Source: Cetorhinus maximus (lineage: Eukaryota). From it: a stretch of 64,000 bases of DNA. Numbering within the stretch: the first letter of the stretch is position 1; every line of letters begins with the position of its first letter. Location: NCBI RefSeq assembly GCF_964194155.1, contig NC_135895.1:23498001-23562000 (forward strand), in the 5' to 3' direction. Positions 25,030 through 38,808 of this stretch are shown piece by piece. The notes under the pieces were generated by a model. The model made no database searches. It was not told the DNA's origin and saw only the letters and a list, made by a program, of their open reading frames with translations. Both the position numbers and the translations under genes were made by a program.

Positions 25030-25455
25030 AGTAACTTGCATTTATATTGTATACTTTATATGCTCTGGACATACCAGAACACCTCACAGCCACTGAATTA
25101 GTTTTAAAGTTAACTGTCCTGTCATTACTGTAGTTATTTGGGGCAAATATGAGCCAGTTTGTGCACAACAAGGTTCCAAAAACAGCAATGAAACAATCGA
25201 CTATTATTTTGTTAAAGTAAGATCGTTTGAGTTTTAAATGTTCATACTTGCAGTGAGAGAACCCACCTGTTCCTCATATAGTGCCTTAGAAATCGACTTG
25301 AGCAGGTAGCTTAGCTTTGGTTTCACATCTCATCCAGCCAATACCAATAATGCAGCACTCTCCCAGTATTGCACTAAAGTGTCAGTCTAAATGAACTTCA
25401 AATTTTGGAGTAGGGCTTGAACCTGTGACCTTCAGATTCATGTGAGCCAAGCTGA
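25030..25455 (-). mobile_element. Deu-domain-like tRNA-headed SINE with L2-type tail
   Basis: AACTTGCATTTATAT tail, GCCAGTTTGTGCACAACAAGGTTCC..ACAGCAATG core and GGGCTTGAACC B-box-like head. Confidence 0.55.
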
Positions 25456-26717
25456 TACATAGAGGACATGAATCAGCAGTATGAAATAACAGCTAGGCAA
25501 GGGAAACATTCCTCCAACTGAATCTGCCAGCCATCTCTTGGCCTCACTGCAACATTTATGATAATTGGTCCATTAAGTCCCTGCTCCAGTTGTTTCTGGC
25601 TGTTTAGTCTGTACTGTATAAATAATTTAAGTTTTTATCTAGCTGATTTTGTTTTCTTTAAGAAAATGTATATTGATTTTCTACTTTGAGTAGACAGAGC
25701 TTGCCATACACCACATCCCACCAGCATGTAATTCTAGTTTCTACCTCAACCCTGCTTGAAACTTTCAAAAGAACCTCAACGATTGGACTCTGCTTGCTTC
25801 TGATCATCCTCTCACTTGCTGCAAAATTTACAAAACCGAGCCTAAGCTGGAGTGGAATGTGCAGTGCTGGCATAGATATGAATTCTAGCACTCAGCAGTT
25901 TCTTTCTTTATCTCATTCAACTTCTGATGTTTGTATTTTTTTGGTGGTGCTCCTATTGTTTCTCATTTTAGATATAGTTCTGCTTTTTAACTCCATCAGT
26001 GCATATTTTTTTTGAAGTACAACTCTGCAGTCTCTTTCAAGTATTGTTCCTAATGTTACTGTTTCTTTTAATTTTATTTTCCACTCTGGTGTTTTTTTTG
26101 AATACAATACTTTCATCTGTAGTTGTATTCTTCAGTTAAGTTCTGGGTGTTTATTTTAAAGAAAGTACAGCACAGAAGGATGCCATTCACTCTACTCTGG
26201 GTATCCAACCCTGTTCTTTCCTCCATAACCCTTAATTTTTAATTTTTTTTGTGCTAATAGTTTTGTTATGTTTTTGTAAAAGTCCACATTCCTTTAAATC
26301 ACCTGAGGCTTTCCTTTTTCTTTCTTTCTCTAAACTGTTCAAATTTCACTCACTAACTTCTTCTGTACTCACCACCACCAATTTCTCTGGAACTTCAATT
26401 CTTCACCTCCCCCTGCCATTTTTTTTACCCCCACTGCAACCGCTTTTGCACCCATTGTTAATAATCTTTCCAAAGCCAAATTTTGCTATTGTTTCATATC
26501 TCCCAGCTAATTGTAAAGAAGAGTCTTCACGGCTGTATCTTCTGAATGCTGCGACAAACAACCTGGAAGAAAAATCATAGGTGTATCAAAAATACTTTTT
26601 AAATTTTGATTGAACACTTAATAAAAAAAATTTGAGCTGGGGAAGAAAGGCTGTTTAACTGGGTGGGGCAAATGAAGTGGGAGATCATGTGGTTAAAGGT
26701 CAGAGGCGTAGAACCCT

Positions 26718-27262
26718 AAGGTGAGTAACTCACCTCCAAAGCCTGTCCACCATCTACAAGGCACAAGTCAGGAGTGTGATGGAATACTCTCCACTTGTCT
26801 GGATGAGTGCAGCTCCAACAGCACTCAAGAAGCTTAACACCATCCAGGACAAAGCAGCCTGCTTGATTGGCACCCCATCCACAAACATTCACTCCCTCCA
26901 CCACCGACACACAGTGGCAGCAATGTGTACCATCTACAAGATGCACTGCAGGAACACCTTCCAAACCCAGGACCTCTGCCATCCAGAAGGACAAAGGCAA
27001 CAGACACATGGGAACGCCAACACATGGAAGTTTCCCTCTAAGCCACTCACCATCTACACTTGGAAATATCTCGCCATTCCTTCACTGTCGCTTGGTCAAA
27101 ATCCTGGAACTCCCACCCTAATAGCACTGTGTGTGTACCTATACCACATGGACTGCAGCAATTCAAGAAGGCAGCTCACCACCACCTTCCCAAGAGCAAT
27201 TAGGGATGGGCGATAAATGTTGGCCTAATGAGAGACGCCCACATCCCTTGAATGAATAAAAC
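26718..27262 (+). mobile_element. 3' fragment of the APE-RT LINE family
   Basis: MEYSPLVWMSAAPTALKKLNTIQDKAACLIG ORF end. Terminates GACGCCCACATCCCTTGAATGAATAAAA. Confidence 0.88.
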
Positions 27263-27929
27263 AACATTCCACAAATAATCTAAACATAGCTGGCAACTGT
27301 GTCCTCAAGCCAAACCTCCCAAATTTCCCCTTCCACCATCATATTCAACTTCATATTTACATTTCAATCAACAGAGATGGTGAAGGGAAGTGAGAAGCCA
27401 TAACAAGCTTTCAAGAGGAGTGAATAGTTGAAGCTTTGAAGAGATGGGTGATGCAGTCTTTTATACAAGAAAGAGTAGACAACATATAGAGAAATGGGAG
27501 CAACATTTTCCTTTCACCAAAGTTAGACTATGGCAGAGAAAGACCATGGCAGTCAGTACTGGGTAATTTGCCACACCACCATTATTGGTAAAAAAGAGTG
27601 AATAACAGACATTAGTGTTAGTTCTTCAAAGAAATTGAAATGCCCTTTACTTCAAAGCATTACAAACCTGTTATGAAAAGGAAAACAAAAATTTTAATAT
27701 AGAAAACAATTTCTGTGTAATCAATTAATCTCTTGTGGCATTGAGAGTCAGAATCAGATATAGTCTCGAAGTGAAACAGGACTAGAAGTCAGGAATAATA
27801 GAACAAAAGCATGTAAATATATTTCATTCTTTATTTCAAAGTCAGACATTTTGTTATTTTTAAAATTCCTTTTTTAAGTTCCTTTGCCACACTGAAGTTA
27901 CACTGTCCTGCCACTGTTGGCACTGCAGT

Positions 27930-29395
27930 GCCTACACAGGGAGCTTGACAAGGTTATGTAGTTGAAGAGCCTGAACCAGAAGACATAAATTTCGTTGACA
28001 ATGTGGAGTCCTATACCTCATTGATCACAAGATTTCTACCAGCAACAATACAGAAGCAGAATGAAATTTGAAAAGCACAAAAAGCAGATACTGCATCAGT
28101 GAATAACCAGATTATGTTCCAAATAATCTCATCTGAAGCAGCACTTCGAGCAGCGAAGACATCTCAATGTCGTGGATGGCTTGCTGATTTACGATGAGAG
28201 ACTGGTCATACCTAGAATCCTTAGATTCAAGATCCTTCAGAAAATACACCAGGGGCATTTAGGCAATACAAAGTGCTAGAGTGCCAAATGCTGTTCAGCC
28301 AGGAATCTCGAAGTCATGAGAGGAAATTATTTCAAGCTGCATCACCTATGCAATCCTTCACCAGGAGCAAAGGAAAAGACTGATGGTATCCTCATTCCTG
28401 TCCAGACTGTGAGAATGGATCTTTTCAAGCTCAGGGGAAGACATTCCTCATTGTTGTTGACTATTACTCCAGATGGACTGAGGTTAAGCGTCTTTATGGC
28501 CCCACCTTGGAAACTGTCGCTAAATTAGTAAAATAAATTTTGACTACACATGGCATTCCAGATTTGTTCATTTCAGACAATGGCCCACGGTTTGCAAATG
28601 AATGTTTTAAGCAGTTCACAGAAGCCTCTGGATTTGTCCATATGAGTAGTTCACCCAGTTACCTACAAGCTAATGGAGAGGACGAAAGAGGAGTAAGAAC
28701 GGTAAAGACTCTGTTGAAGAAAAGTGGCAATATAAACTTGGCATTGTTGAGTTGCCGTCCCACACCACTCCAGAATGGTTTGGCTTCATCTGAACTTCTC
28801 ATGGGAAGACGACTACGGGCTTAACTTCCTGTTCTTCCGCTCGTGCCACGTCTTCAAAGCAGCAGATATAAAGAGAATAAGGGAGAAGGAGTATGTGTAT
28901 CATGTAAATCAAACCGGAAACTATAATTAATGCCATAGAGTACATGATTTACCAGAACTCCAGCCAGGGGAATCAGTGTAGATTCATGACCAGAATCGCA
29001 AGGGCCAAGTTTTGGGGGGGGGAAAACACTACATCTGTGATCGTATTTTGTAGAGGCACTAAATGGAACAGTGAGAAGAATCTGAGTGCACTTGTATTTA
29101 CAAGAAGACTACCATCAATGGGTCAGAAATTTGGGGGTGGAGGTGGTTGGGGAGCAAGGGAGGATGTTAATGGGTTACTGTTAAATATATGAATAGAAAG
29201 TCTACACCATCAGAAGTGTAAGATCACATGACAATGGAATATGCCAAGAAAGAGTTATATGCGAAGCCTCATGCTACGCCTTGTATTGTACATAGTAGAA
29301 TGTTCAATAAAAGGTAAAGTTCACCACAGCCTTGCCTCCAGCAGTATCTTATCAGTCCTGACATAGGACTTCATCTAAGACCCACAACAATAACA
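27930..29395 (+). mobile_element. Degenerate Ty3/Gypsy fragment: integrase, PPT and 3' LTR
   Basis: HGIPDLFISDNGPRFANECFKQF...SSPSYLQANGEDERGVRTVK...LLMGRRLR integrase core. A purine tract at 29150-29164 precedes TGTTA (29165)...AATAAA...TAACA (29395). Confidence 0.85.
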
Positions 29396-31097
29396 GACAC
29401 CTTACTCCCACTATACCCTCTACCTATTTATTTTCCCACTACCCCTTCCACTCCTTTGCTATAGTTACTACCCTAACTTTTTGCCTTTTCAACTATCTAC
29501 TTCACCTTCAATCTGAGTTGTTTTACTGTCATTCACCTCACCCTTTTATTCTCCAAGCATTCCTCCCCTACATTTCGCTCATTTGCCGTAAAGATAAGCC
29601 ATAGGACCCCTGATCATATTTCTGTTCCCTTCCCCACTTTAGTGTGTTTCCCTCAAGGTGCTCTGTTTTCTTTCAAAATTCAATTGTTTACGAAAATAAA
29701 TCAATTTAGAATGAGGAAAGGAACTGTTTTATCTTTATGCATAGTCATATCAAGTGAAAACTAGTTGTCCAAAAGTTCAAAGAGCATATTCCAGCTCTTC
29801 AAAGGAACTTTTTTTTCTTATTGTACTCAAAGATTTCAGCAGTACTGTTACAATTTACCATTACCTCTGAAACTTTAGTACATCAGCATTTAATTACTGG
29901 ATTGTAATGTGGCCATCGCTGCACAATTTGGGTGAAGCTGACGGTTTGCTCTTTGGACTGCCAACTTTAACTGTAAGTTAATTTGTTCGTACAATTTTGC
30001 TCAAATTGAAAGAAAATTTTACACAACTCTCTAGAGCACACAGCAGAAAATGGCAGCAGGTTTTGCTACCATTTCTTTGCCACTTCATGGAATCAGGCCT
30101 CAAGATTCTTTCCTTATTACGTGAATCACTGATTGCTAAGAGATTCTAGTTTTTGTGAGGTGGCCATAATATAATGCCAGTTTCATGAATCCTGAGGCCA
30201 CAAAGCACTGCAGGGAGCATGCTGTCTTTCTCTGTATGTTTCCTCATCATTCTTTAGTGGGGGAAAGTAAAGCTGCTTTTACAAAATGGAAAGCAAATGT
30301 GGATCAAATCATTTCAAAACTATTTAAACCACCAACTCATTCTATTTAAAAAGATTTCAATCCAATTCCCTGACATTGTGTGATGTGCTTTTTTTTTTAT
30401 TTTTCCTAACCCAAGTTCTGACATGCCAATTATTTTTCATTCCTGCTAATGATTCTTAATCAAATTCCATGCAATTCTCTTGAGCTGTTGGGACAGTTAT
30501 CTCTCTGCGCTGAAATTGAGTCTTTGTGTTAAGCCTGTAATCCAGATGTGAGTCAAAAGGATGAATAAATGATTTGTCAATCATCTGTTGTTTTAGATAA
30601 GACTGTAAAGTCTTCAGCTACACATTGTATGCCTGCTACAGTAATTTACTATTAATTCTTTTGAGCCCTATTAAGATAGATTTAAGAACTCATTTTTTTC
30701 AGGAGTGTTATTTTAAACAGCTTCATAGTCTCACTCCTTTACTTCTGCGAACTCCTCCAACTGTCCAAATCACCCCCTCTCCCCAAAACTGCCTGTTGCT
30801 CTGACTCTGGCCTTTGGTACGCCCCTTCACCCCACCAGTGGCATTCGCCCCTTCACTTGTCTCAGCCCCACACTCACTAATTTCTTCCTTAAACCCTTCA
30901 CCACTCCACCTCCCTTTCCTCCTTTAAGACCCTTCTAAAAAACCCATCTCTTCCACCTTGATATTGGTCAGAGTCACTGTATAATGATCCTTATGAGCCA
31001 CCCCAGCTATTTTTCCCCATCTGCCCCAATGAGTGTGGAGAGCAGTGCTTGATCCTCAACTGTTGTTTGAATTGAGATAAACTACAGTTCTAGTTAT

Positions 31098-32003
31098 TGT
31101 GATGATCTTTTACCTGGAAGGAGTACAATAAGGAACATTTGTAATTTCTTTAAAATTGCTGTGGAATCTGTAATTGTTTTTAAGAATGTTTGAAAAGAAC
31201 TCGGAGTTTACATCAATTATAAAGTGATCAATTGTAATTTTCCTGGGTAATAAGAAATACTGGACCATATCACCTGGCAACCCTTGGCCTGGAAGCTGTA
31301 CCAAGAGGAAGGAACTTAGGATACAGACACCTTGTGACCAGAGACAAAGAAGCTGCAGCAGGGGAAGAACAGACAAGGTAAATTTACAAAGAGCTGTGTG
31401 TGTAATACTGTTAAAAGCGACAGGAAGCTGAAGACAGGCTTAGTGCTGGGTTTGTGGATTGGACAATTCCACTGCTATGCTTCAGTTTCCCCAGAGCTGC
31501 CCAGACCATTTGATGAAGTTTATTAAAGGAGTCAGCTAAAGAAGGCTTTGGGGGAGTTGTCATCAAGACTTATGAATGTAGCTAAGGAGGTTCTGCTGGA
31601 ATGTGCCATTCAGGTGATGACCACCTCTGGGGACCTTGGATGGAATACTGCTGCTGGTGACTGCGACTCAAAGACTGAATCGATTAAGTGGGAAAGTGAA
31701 AGATCTAGCATACCAGAGGCCATGTTAGGGAACTTAGGAGCTACCTGTGGTGCCATATGTCTGTGGGAGAATGACACAGTGCTTGTGGTTGTGTAAGACA
31801 TATCTTTGTATCGGATATTTAAAGTGAAATTTACCTTTTTAAGTATAATTTGTTTACTAATTTATATTTAATTTGCATAGGTTCTATCTGTGTTAAAGTA
31901 AAAGTTACAAAAAGGGGAATCTTATTGTTAATTTCTTTGTTTGGGAGCCGTTTGGGTAAATTTGGTTATTTGGGTTTATGGTTCCACCGCAGGGCTCATA
32001 ACG
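31098..32003 (+). mobile_element. Possible solo LTR
   Basis: TGTGATG...CATAAC(G) termini and LTR-like composition. No TSD confirmed. Confidence 0.3.
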
Positions 32004-32369
32004 TTATTTGGAACTCAATTAATTGCAACTCTCATTTTAGCACAACCAACTCTGTGTCTTTTTTACCCTATATCCTTCCAATTGTGAGATGCTTGTGTTA
32101 TAGTAGTTATATTTATTGCAAATCCTGATTTTATGTAACTGATACACAGAAATCCCATCTTAACAATGTTTTCCACTTCAGAACCTGAGGGTTTCATCTC
32201 TCAATCTCATTGAGTTTGGTCATCATTGTGGCTAAGACCCAGTTTTACCTGGTATCCATCTGTGCATTAGTATTGCTTGGCAGGAATGGAGGTCAAATTC
32301 TCACATCATTTCTCAAAAAAGTGTTGTGACTTGAGTCACACAGAATCATGGCATTACTGAATCTCGGTG

Positions 32370-33089
32370 TTTCAGAATTCTAAAAGCAAAGTGGACATCT
32401 TGAAGGACTGAGAAAGAATTGAGAACCGGGCTAGGAAACAAGCACGAAAGTAAGATGGCTGATGTTAATAAAGTGCTGCTAATCACTAAAGAACTCAAAA
32501 TCCTGCTTTTCGAAAGCTAAAGCTAATGAGCTTGTTAAAGAACTGAGTGGAAAGCTTCAAAGCACCAATCGATTCCTGTGCTGCTGGAAAACAAGACATA
32601 ACCTTGCACACACAAGTGTGTGGTGAAACGGTAGACACAAGTTGAGTAGGTTGATTAAAGGATTCCCAGCAGCTTGAGTGAGGCAGCACTCAGTCTTTCA
32701 GTTTCAATGGATGATGACCTTGACATCTGCAGAGAGATGACTGATGCAGAAATTGTTTCTTCTTTGAAAGAAACAGAGCTGCAGAGGATGTAAGTAAACA
32801 TGTTCTAGAGCTGAAAATTCCCACAGAGAGAGAGATTCTGAGTTTTGTGCCAACTCATTGCATCAAAAGATAATGAAACACTAGAATTCCATGACTCAAA
32901 GTGTGGAGGTTGATGACTTCAGATCCCCACCAAAAAAAAAATCAGTGTTCTTTGCAGAATAAAAAACTTTCAGGAAATGTGTATTTTCTTTAATTTTTAA
33001 TGTTATACTATATTTACTTTTGAGATTGTAACAATTCTTTGCTTAAAATAAACTGAGCATTTCAAAAAATGTAAGATGTTGATACTGTA
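32370..33089 (+). mobile_element. Degenerate Tigger/pogo DNA transposon remnant
   Basis: Translated fragments WKAS..., QVCGETVD and SMDDDLDICREMTDAEIVSSLKE resemble the Tigger CENP-B and C-terminal acidic regions. Ends ACTGTA. Confidence 0.5.
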
Positions 33090-34664
33090 TTCGCCCTTGT
33101 TGTAAGATGTATGAAATTTAGGTACCATAAACTACGCTATACAAGTTGACCTTTGAAGCCTCCAAAAGTCCTTTCAAAAACGGGGGTCGAGTTATTTGCG
33201 GAGAATGAAACGTGAACCACGGCTGTGGGTGTTCGCCACTTTTAAATATAGAAAAAAAGGTGCATATTTCCACTCTTTGGCTTATTGATGCACGCATCCA
33301 AAGGTTGAACTATGGACATTAGACCCCCTGATATTACTGCGATGTAGTGTTAATTCTTTGCCGGTACCTCTTCCTCTTACTGGTTGTATGGGATCTGAGC
33401 ATGTTCCACATTAATAAGCTGCAACCTTTGTGCAGGCCACCAGGGCACCTATTCCACACATTGTTGACCCACAACTTTACTACACTCTCATCCATCCAAC
33501 CGTTGTCATGGACACACACACAAACTCCTACGCACAGTTTGATTTTCTGCAGGGTTTTACGTTTGAAAATTGCCATAAGATTTAATTTAATTCTGTTGGC
33601 CATTGGGGTTCAAAATACTCAGGGGCAGTAGATGAATTTGCCCTCAAACCCCCAAAAAGCCCTGGGAAAATCAATCATGGGGGCAACCAATGAAAGAAAA
33701 TTTGCCCCTGTACATTAGAGAGCCAGAATTTCTGAGAAGCTGTTCCTTCAACCACAGATCCTGCCTCTCCCAATCTTGCTGCTCCTCCAGAGACAGAATT
33801 TGCAAGGGCAGAAGACCCGGGTGTGAATTTTATTTTCTCTCTCAAACGGTTGCTCAATGGGACAGCTTTTCCAGTGAAAAGTTGTCCCATTGAGCAACTG
33901 TTTGGGGGAGAAAATTGCAACCCAGGCTTTTAAAGTACTATTTACTGTTACCCTTTCGGATCAGCCTTACCCTGTTTCAAGCTCACTGATAATGGTAGCT
34001 CATCAAGCTCAGCCAATTTATCAACTGTCAGCATGCTATTACCAGGTAGGAATTTGTGTTACTCAAATGGTTTTCTGACTGTAGTGAATGAAGGTCCTGA
34101 TGTTTCAAAAGGGGATTAAATTTTATAAATGGACACTCCTGGCATGGGGCTTTGTGAGCCAGGAATGTCCATTAGGTGTGGAGGTAGTGCAGTCTTTGGG
34201 ACTTCTCATTTTAATGGATGAAAAATTCTGTTGATCCTAAATTCCTAAAATGTACCTTCTTTTCTCCCACCCCTTTCAATATTTTATTAGGATGGCAGAA
34301 AATTGGCGAATATACAGTAACCTAATGTACAAAAAACGTAACTTCCATGATATATTGAAATTGTTTTATTTCATGAAAAATTGGATTTGTTGTGTACATG
34401 TTTTTAATTTGCATATCATTTTTAAGGTACTGTGAGTGGCAACTCAGGCTTTTTTTTCCCCTATGTCATTGCGTGTCTTGTGGCAGAGACCGATTGTTGT
34501 TTTCCTAATTGATTTTGACCAACTCAGCACAGACTTGGATTCATAATTAGTGCTAAATATGTTTACCCGCTGCTCCACCGGTGGTCTTCATAGAATCTTC
34601 TTGAGTGAGTTTTGGAAACATGGAAAGGAAAATAGTGTGGGCCTTTTCACTTAGATTGAAAGTA

Positions 34665-35687
34665 TTGTTACGGACAAGGGAGAGAGACGGATTGAACCCC
34701 CTAATTCTTCTAACCTGTGATAATCAGAATGGTTTAATTTTGATAAGGCAGAGGTGTGTTCCCTATGTTCATGTGTAATCAGTTTTTTTTTAAACAAAGT
34801 CATTTGCAGCAGGCTTTCTCGGACTTTTAAACCAGGCACACTATCCCATATAACGTTTGTTATTACTACACAAACACATACCTGCTTAAGAAGGTACGGT
34901 AAGAGAAAGGAGTTTTGTTTTTACAAATATTAAAACCAAACAGAATAATAGTTCACATGAATATCAAAGTACAGTGAGAGGGGTTCTTTCACTCAGCAGT
35001 TAAAATACAGGCTAATCCAGGTAGCTGAAGACAGGGTTTCATGGTGTTTTCTTAGAAATAAGATATGTGAGAAAGGCAGCCTTGATGCTTGTAACCAGAG
35101 AACCAGTTTACTTTTCCAGCAAGTTTCAGGTCTTTTGGAAACAGGTTTTGAGGAGGCCTCAAACTTTAAGCATTATGGCTTGGTTAATAGGCTTTCTACA
35201 GTGCTGTGTTGTCTGCAAGCAATCAGGACTTATAATGAAAAGGCCTTCTGAAATGAAACAGTTTTTCGTTCATCTGACAACTGGCCATTGATACACGAGG
35301 GAAACAATCAATAATCTGTTCGTGTTAGCGAAGTAGCTTCCATCTCCCATGCCCAAAACCATCAACATACATTACAGGCAGATAGGAATCCTTAACACTT
35401 CCTTATTTAGTAGCTCCTTTTTGTTACCTGGCAATTCTGGAGACCGCACGTCTGAGGCTTGCTTGTCTTTGCTGTTTTGGGGTGAGTTCTGACAATGTCA
35501 GATGTGATATTCCACAATGCTGTCGTCATTATAACCCGCTTATAGAAACTTGATGCTTGGTCATCTTACAGTTCCAAAAGTCAGATGATCTGTGCCAGTC
35601 ATTTTAAAAGTAAAAATATGTGTGAATTTTTAAAAGGAAGTTTTTTTTTAACAATTTGTAATACACTCACATCTGTTCGGCATGACA
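34665..35687. mobile_element. Possible solo LTR
   Basis: TGTTACG...CATGACA termini. The ends resemble 21864-22875 and 61327-62091. Confidence 0.35.
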
Positions 35688-36065
35688 GCATCAATTCATT
35701 TTGAAAAAGGAAATGATAATTAATGCATAATAAATAGCAAACACTTTGCTTGTGATCTTAAATTGTACGTATTGGGAGATGCATTAGGTTTATGCATGTT
35801 GCAAAAGGAAAAGTACGGAGTTTGTCATGTCACTTTGAAACAGTGCAAGGAGGAGTGCCAAGGGAGAATTTGGGTTAAATGTTTTACTTTTGTGCTCATG
35901 GCATGTTAAGTACCCGAGGTGCACAATTTTCTGCTCAATAGGTAGAAGCAACATTTTATCTCTTTTGATCTGGCTGCTTCTGAAAATATCTATCTAAGTT
36001 CCTGTGGACTTCTTTTCTAGCTGCCTTCCCAGCACTGCAAAATTAAGGGGAAAAGCGTATTCTCT

Positions 36066-38808
36066 TAGTGAAACTGCGATGAGTCAAACTCTGATGGCAC
36101 GAAATTCTGGTTATGTCAAAGTCTATTCCCGCCAACAGAATAGCAAATCCCATAGAACAATACCCATGATAAGGCGAAATTCAACAAGGGTAACTCCGGA
36201 TTAGCCAAACTTGTCTAAGCGTTTCATATAATCGTGCCGATCAACCTGAGTGGAGTGAGACCACATACGAGCGCGAAATCATAGAACTCTGGGAAAGCCA
36301 TCATTTGAAGCTAGCTAGTAATATAAAGATGGATTGTAATAGTTCCTATTAATATTTAAATAAGAAAAAAGTTAAAGTGAGTGCTGATCCTATAGAAAAT
36401 GCGTTTGGGGAATTGATAATGGAAAATTGGGAGATGGCGGATGAATTAAACAGGCATTTTGCTTCGGTCTTCACTACAGAGAAAACAAGTAACATCCCGG
36501 AAGTAGCTGTAAATCAGGAAATGGAAGGGAGAGAGAAACTTGGGAGAATTACAATCACCAGGGAAGTATTGAGCAAGTTGTTGGGGCTGCGGACTGACAA
36601 ATCCCAGTCCAGATGGACTTCACCCTAAGGTGTTGAAAGAAGTAGCTAGTGAGATACTTATGCATTGGGTTTAATTTTCCAAAATTCCCTAGATTTGGGG
36701 AGGGTGCCGTTAGATTGGAAAAGAGCAAATGCAACTCCTTTATTCAAAAAGGGAGACAAAGCAAGAAGCTTTAGGCCAGTTAGCCTAACATCTGTCATAG
36801 GGAAAATGTTAGAAGCTATTATTTAAGATGTTATAGCAAGGTACTTAGAAAAATCCAAGGCAATCAGGCAGAGTCAACATGGTTTTGTATAAGGGAAATC
36901 ATGTTTAACCAATTTATTGACGTTCTTTGAAGGACTCGCGTGCTGTGGCTAAAGGGGAACCGGTGAATGTACTGTACTTAGATTTCCAGAAGGCATTTGA
37001 TAAAGTGCCACATCAAAGGTTATTGCAGAAAATAAAAGTTCATGGTATAGGGAGTAACATATTGACATGGATAGAAGATTGGCTAACTAACAGGAAGCAG
37101 AAAGTAAGCATAAATGGGTCTTTTTCTGGTTGGCAGGTGTGACGATTGGTGTGCCACAGGGATCAGTGCTGGGGCCTCAACTTTTTACAATTTATATATA
37201 AGACTTGGATGAAGGGACTGAAGGAATGGATGTTAAATTTGCTGACGACACAAAGATAGGCAGGAAAGTAAATTCTGAAGAAGACATAAGGATGCTACAA
37301 AGGGACATAGGTAGATTAAGTGAGTGGGCAAAGATCTGGCAAATGGACTATAATGTGGACAGATGTGAAACTGTCCATTTTGGCAGGAAGAATAAAAAAG
37401 CTTACCTAAATGGTGAGAGACTGCAGAGCTCTGAGATTCAGAGGGATCTGGGTGCCTTAGTGCATGAATTGCAAAAGGCTAGTATGCAGGTACAGCAATT
37501 AATGAGGAAAGCTAATAGAATGTTATCTTTTATTGTGAGGGAAATTGAGTACAAAAATAAGGAGGTTATGCTTCAGTTGTACAGGGCGCTGGTAAGACCA
37601 CATCTGGAGTGCTGTGTATAGTATTGGTCGTCTTACTTAAGGAAAGATGTAAATGCACTAGAAGCAGTTCAGAGAAGGTTTACTAGACTAATACCAGAAA
37701 GGACAGGTCATCTTATGAGGAAAGGTTTGACAGGTTAGGCTTGTATCCACTGGCGTTCAGAAGAGTAAGAGGTGGCTTGATTGAAACTTTTAAGATCCTG
37801 AGGGGCCTTGACAGGATGGATGTGGAGAGGATGCTTCCTCTTGTGGGAGAATCTAGCACTAGGGCTCACTGTTTAATGATATAGGGTTGCTCATTTAAGA
37901 AGGAGATGAGGAGTAATTTTTCTGAGGGCCTTGAGCCTTCGGAACTCGAAAGGTGGTGGAAGCAGAGCCTTTGAACATTTTTAAGGGAGAGTTGGATAGT
38001 TTCTTGATTAACAAGGGGGTAAAAGGTTATCATGGGTTGGCAGGAATGTGGGGTTGAAGTTGCATTCACATCAGCCATGATCTTAATGAATAGCAGAGCA
38101 GGCTCGAGGGGCCAAGTGGCCTAGTCCTCCTAATTTGTACGTTCATATGATATCAAGAGCTGCCTTGAAAGGACATGTAAGGTCTATGAGTATGGCTAAA
38201 CCTGTGATGATCAGAGATTGGGTTCAATCAGCTTACGACCACACAAGACATCGAAAACGAAGAGGAGTAGGGTGAGACCAACCAACCTGATGAAGGCACT
38301 TTTTGCTCGCCTGCGGAAGGCCGGCATAGACATTCTAGCAGAGACGATAATGGAAACTTATACGGAGGTGGACAATGCTGTACGCTGCATGACAGACCTG
38401 AGAGACGATGTAATCGTAGATGCAGTACATTCTTCAACCGAGGAAGCCAATGACCCTGAAGACTTCAATGAATGCCCGTCCCTTTGCCCTAGCAGAAAAT
38501 GATTAGGGAGTTTTTCCAAAGCTAAATCCTGACATTTTTCAATACAAAACTCTAGCCCTTTATAAGGTCAGGCCATTGTAAGGTATGAACAAATTGAATA
38601 AAGACTTTTTCACACATTTACTGCTTTAATGTTTTTTAATTTGGCATTTGAATCTGTTGTTTTGACATAACCTGCGTTTGTAGGCATATCCAGTTCCATA
38701 GAGATGCATTCAGGTGGGAATAGGGCCTCCTCAGTTATCACAAAGCTCCGCTTAACACCAATTTGTGAGCAGATCCTCTGAGATTCGACTCATCAGGATT
38801 TTACTGTA
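36066..38808 (+). mobile_element. Internally deleted Tigger/pogo-like element interrupted by a CR1
   Basis: Imperfect TIRs (AGTGAAACTGCGATGAGTCAAACTC on the left, GAGATTCGACTCATCAGGATTTTACTGTA on the right). ORF 38218-38502 YTEVDNAVRCMTDLRDDVIVDAV resembles the Tigger C-terminus. Confidence 0.55.
36308..38146 (+). mobile_element. 5'-truncated CR1 LINE (ORF2 RT, disrupted)
   Basis: YLDFQKAFDKVPHQRLL, GVPQGSVLGP, KFADDTKIG and LYRALVRPHLE motifs, followed by a CR1 3' UTR. Confidence 0.92.

Noticed and set aside
25640-26130. Possible Gypsy gag remnant on the minus strand (FCKFCSK Cys pair)
   Set aside because: Too degenerate to support without a profile search.
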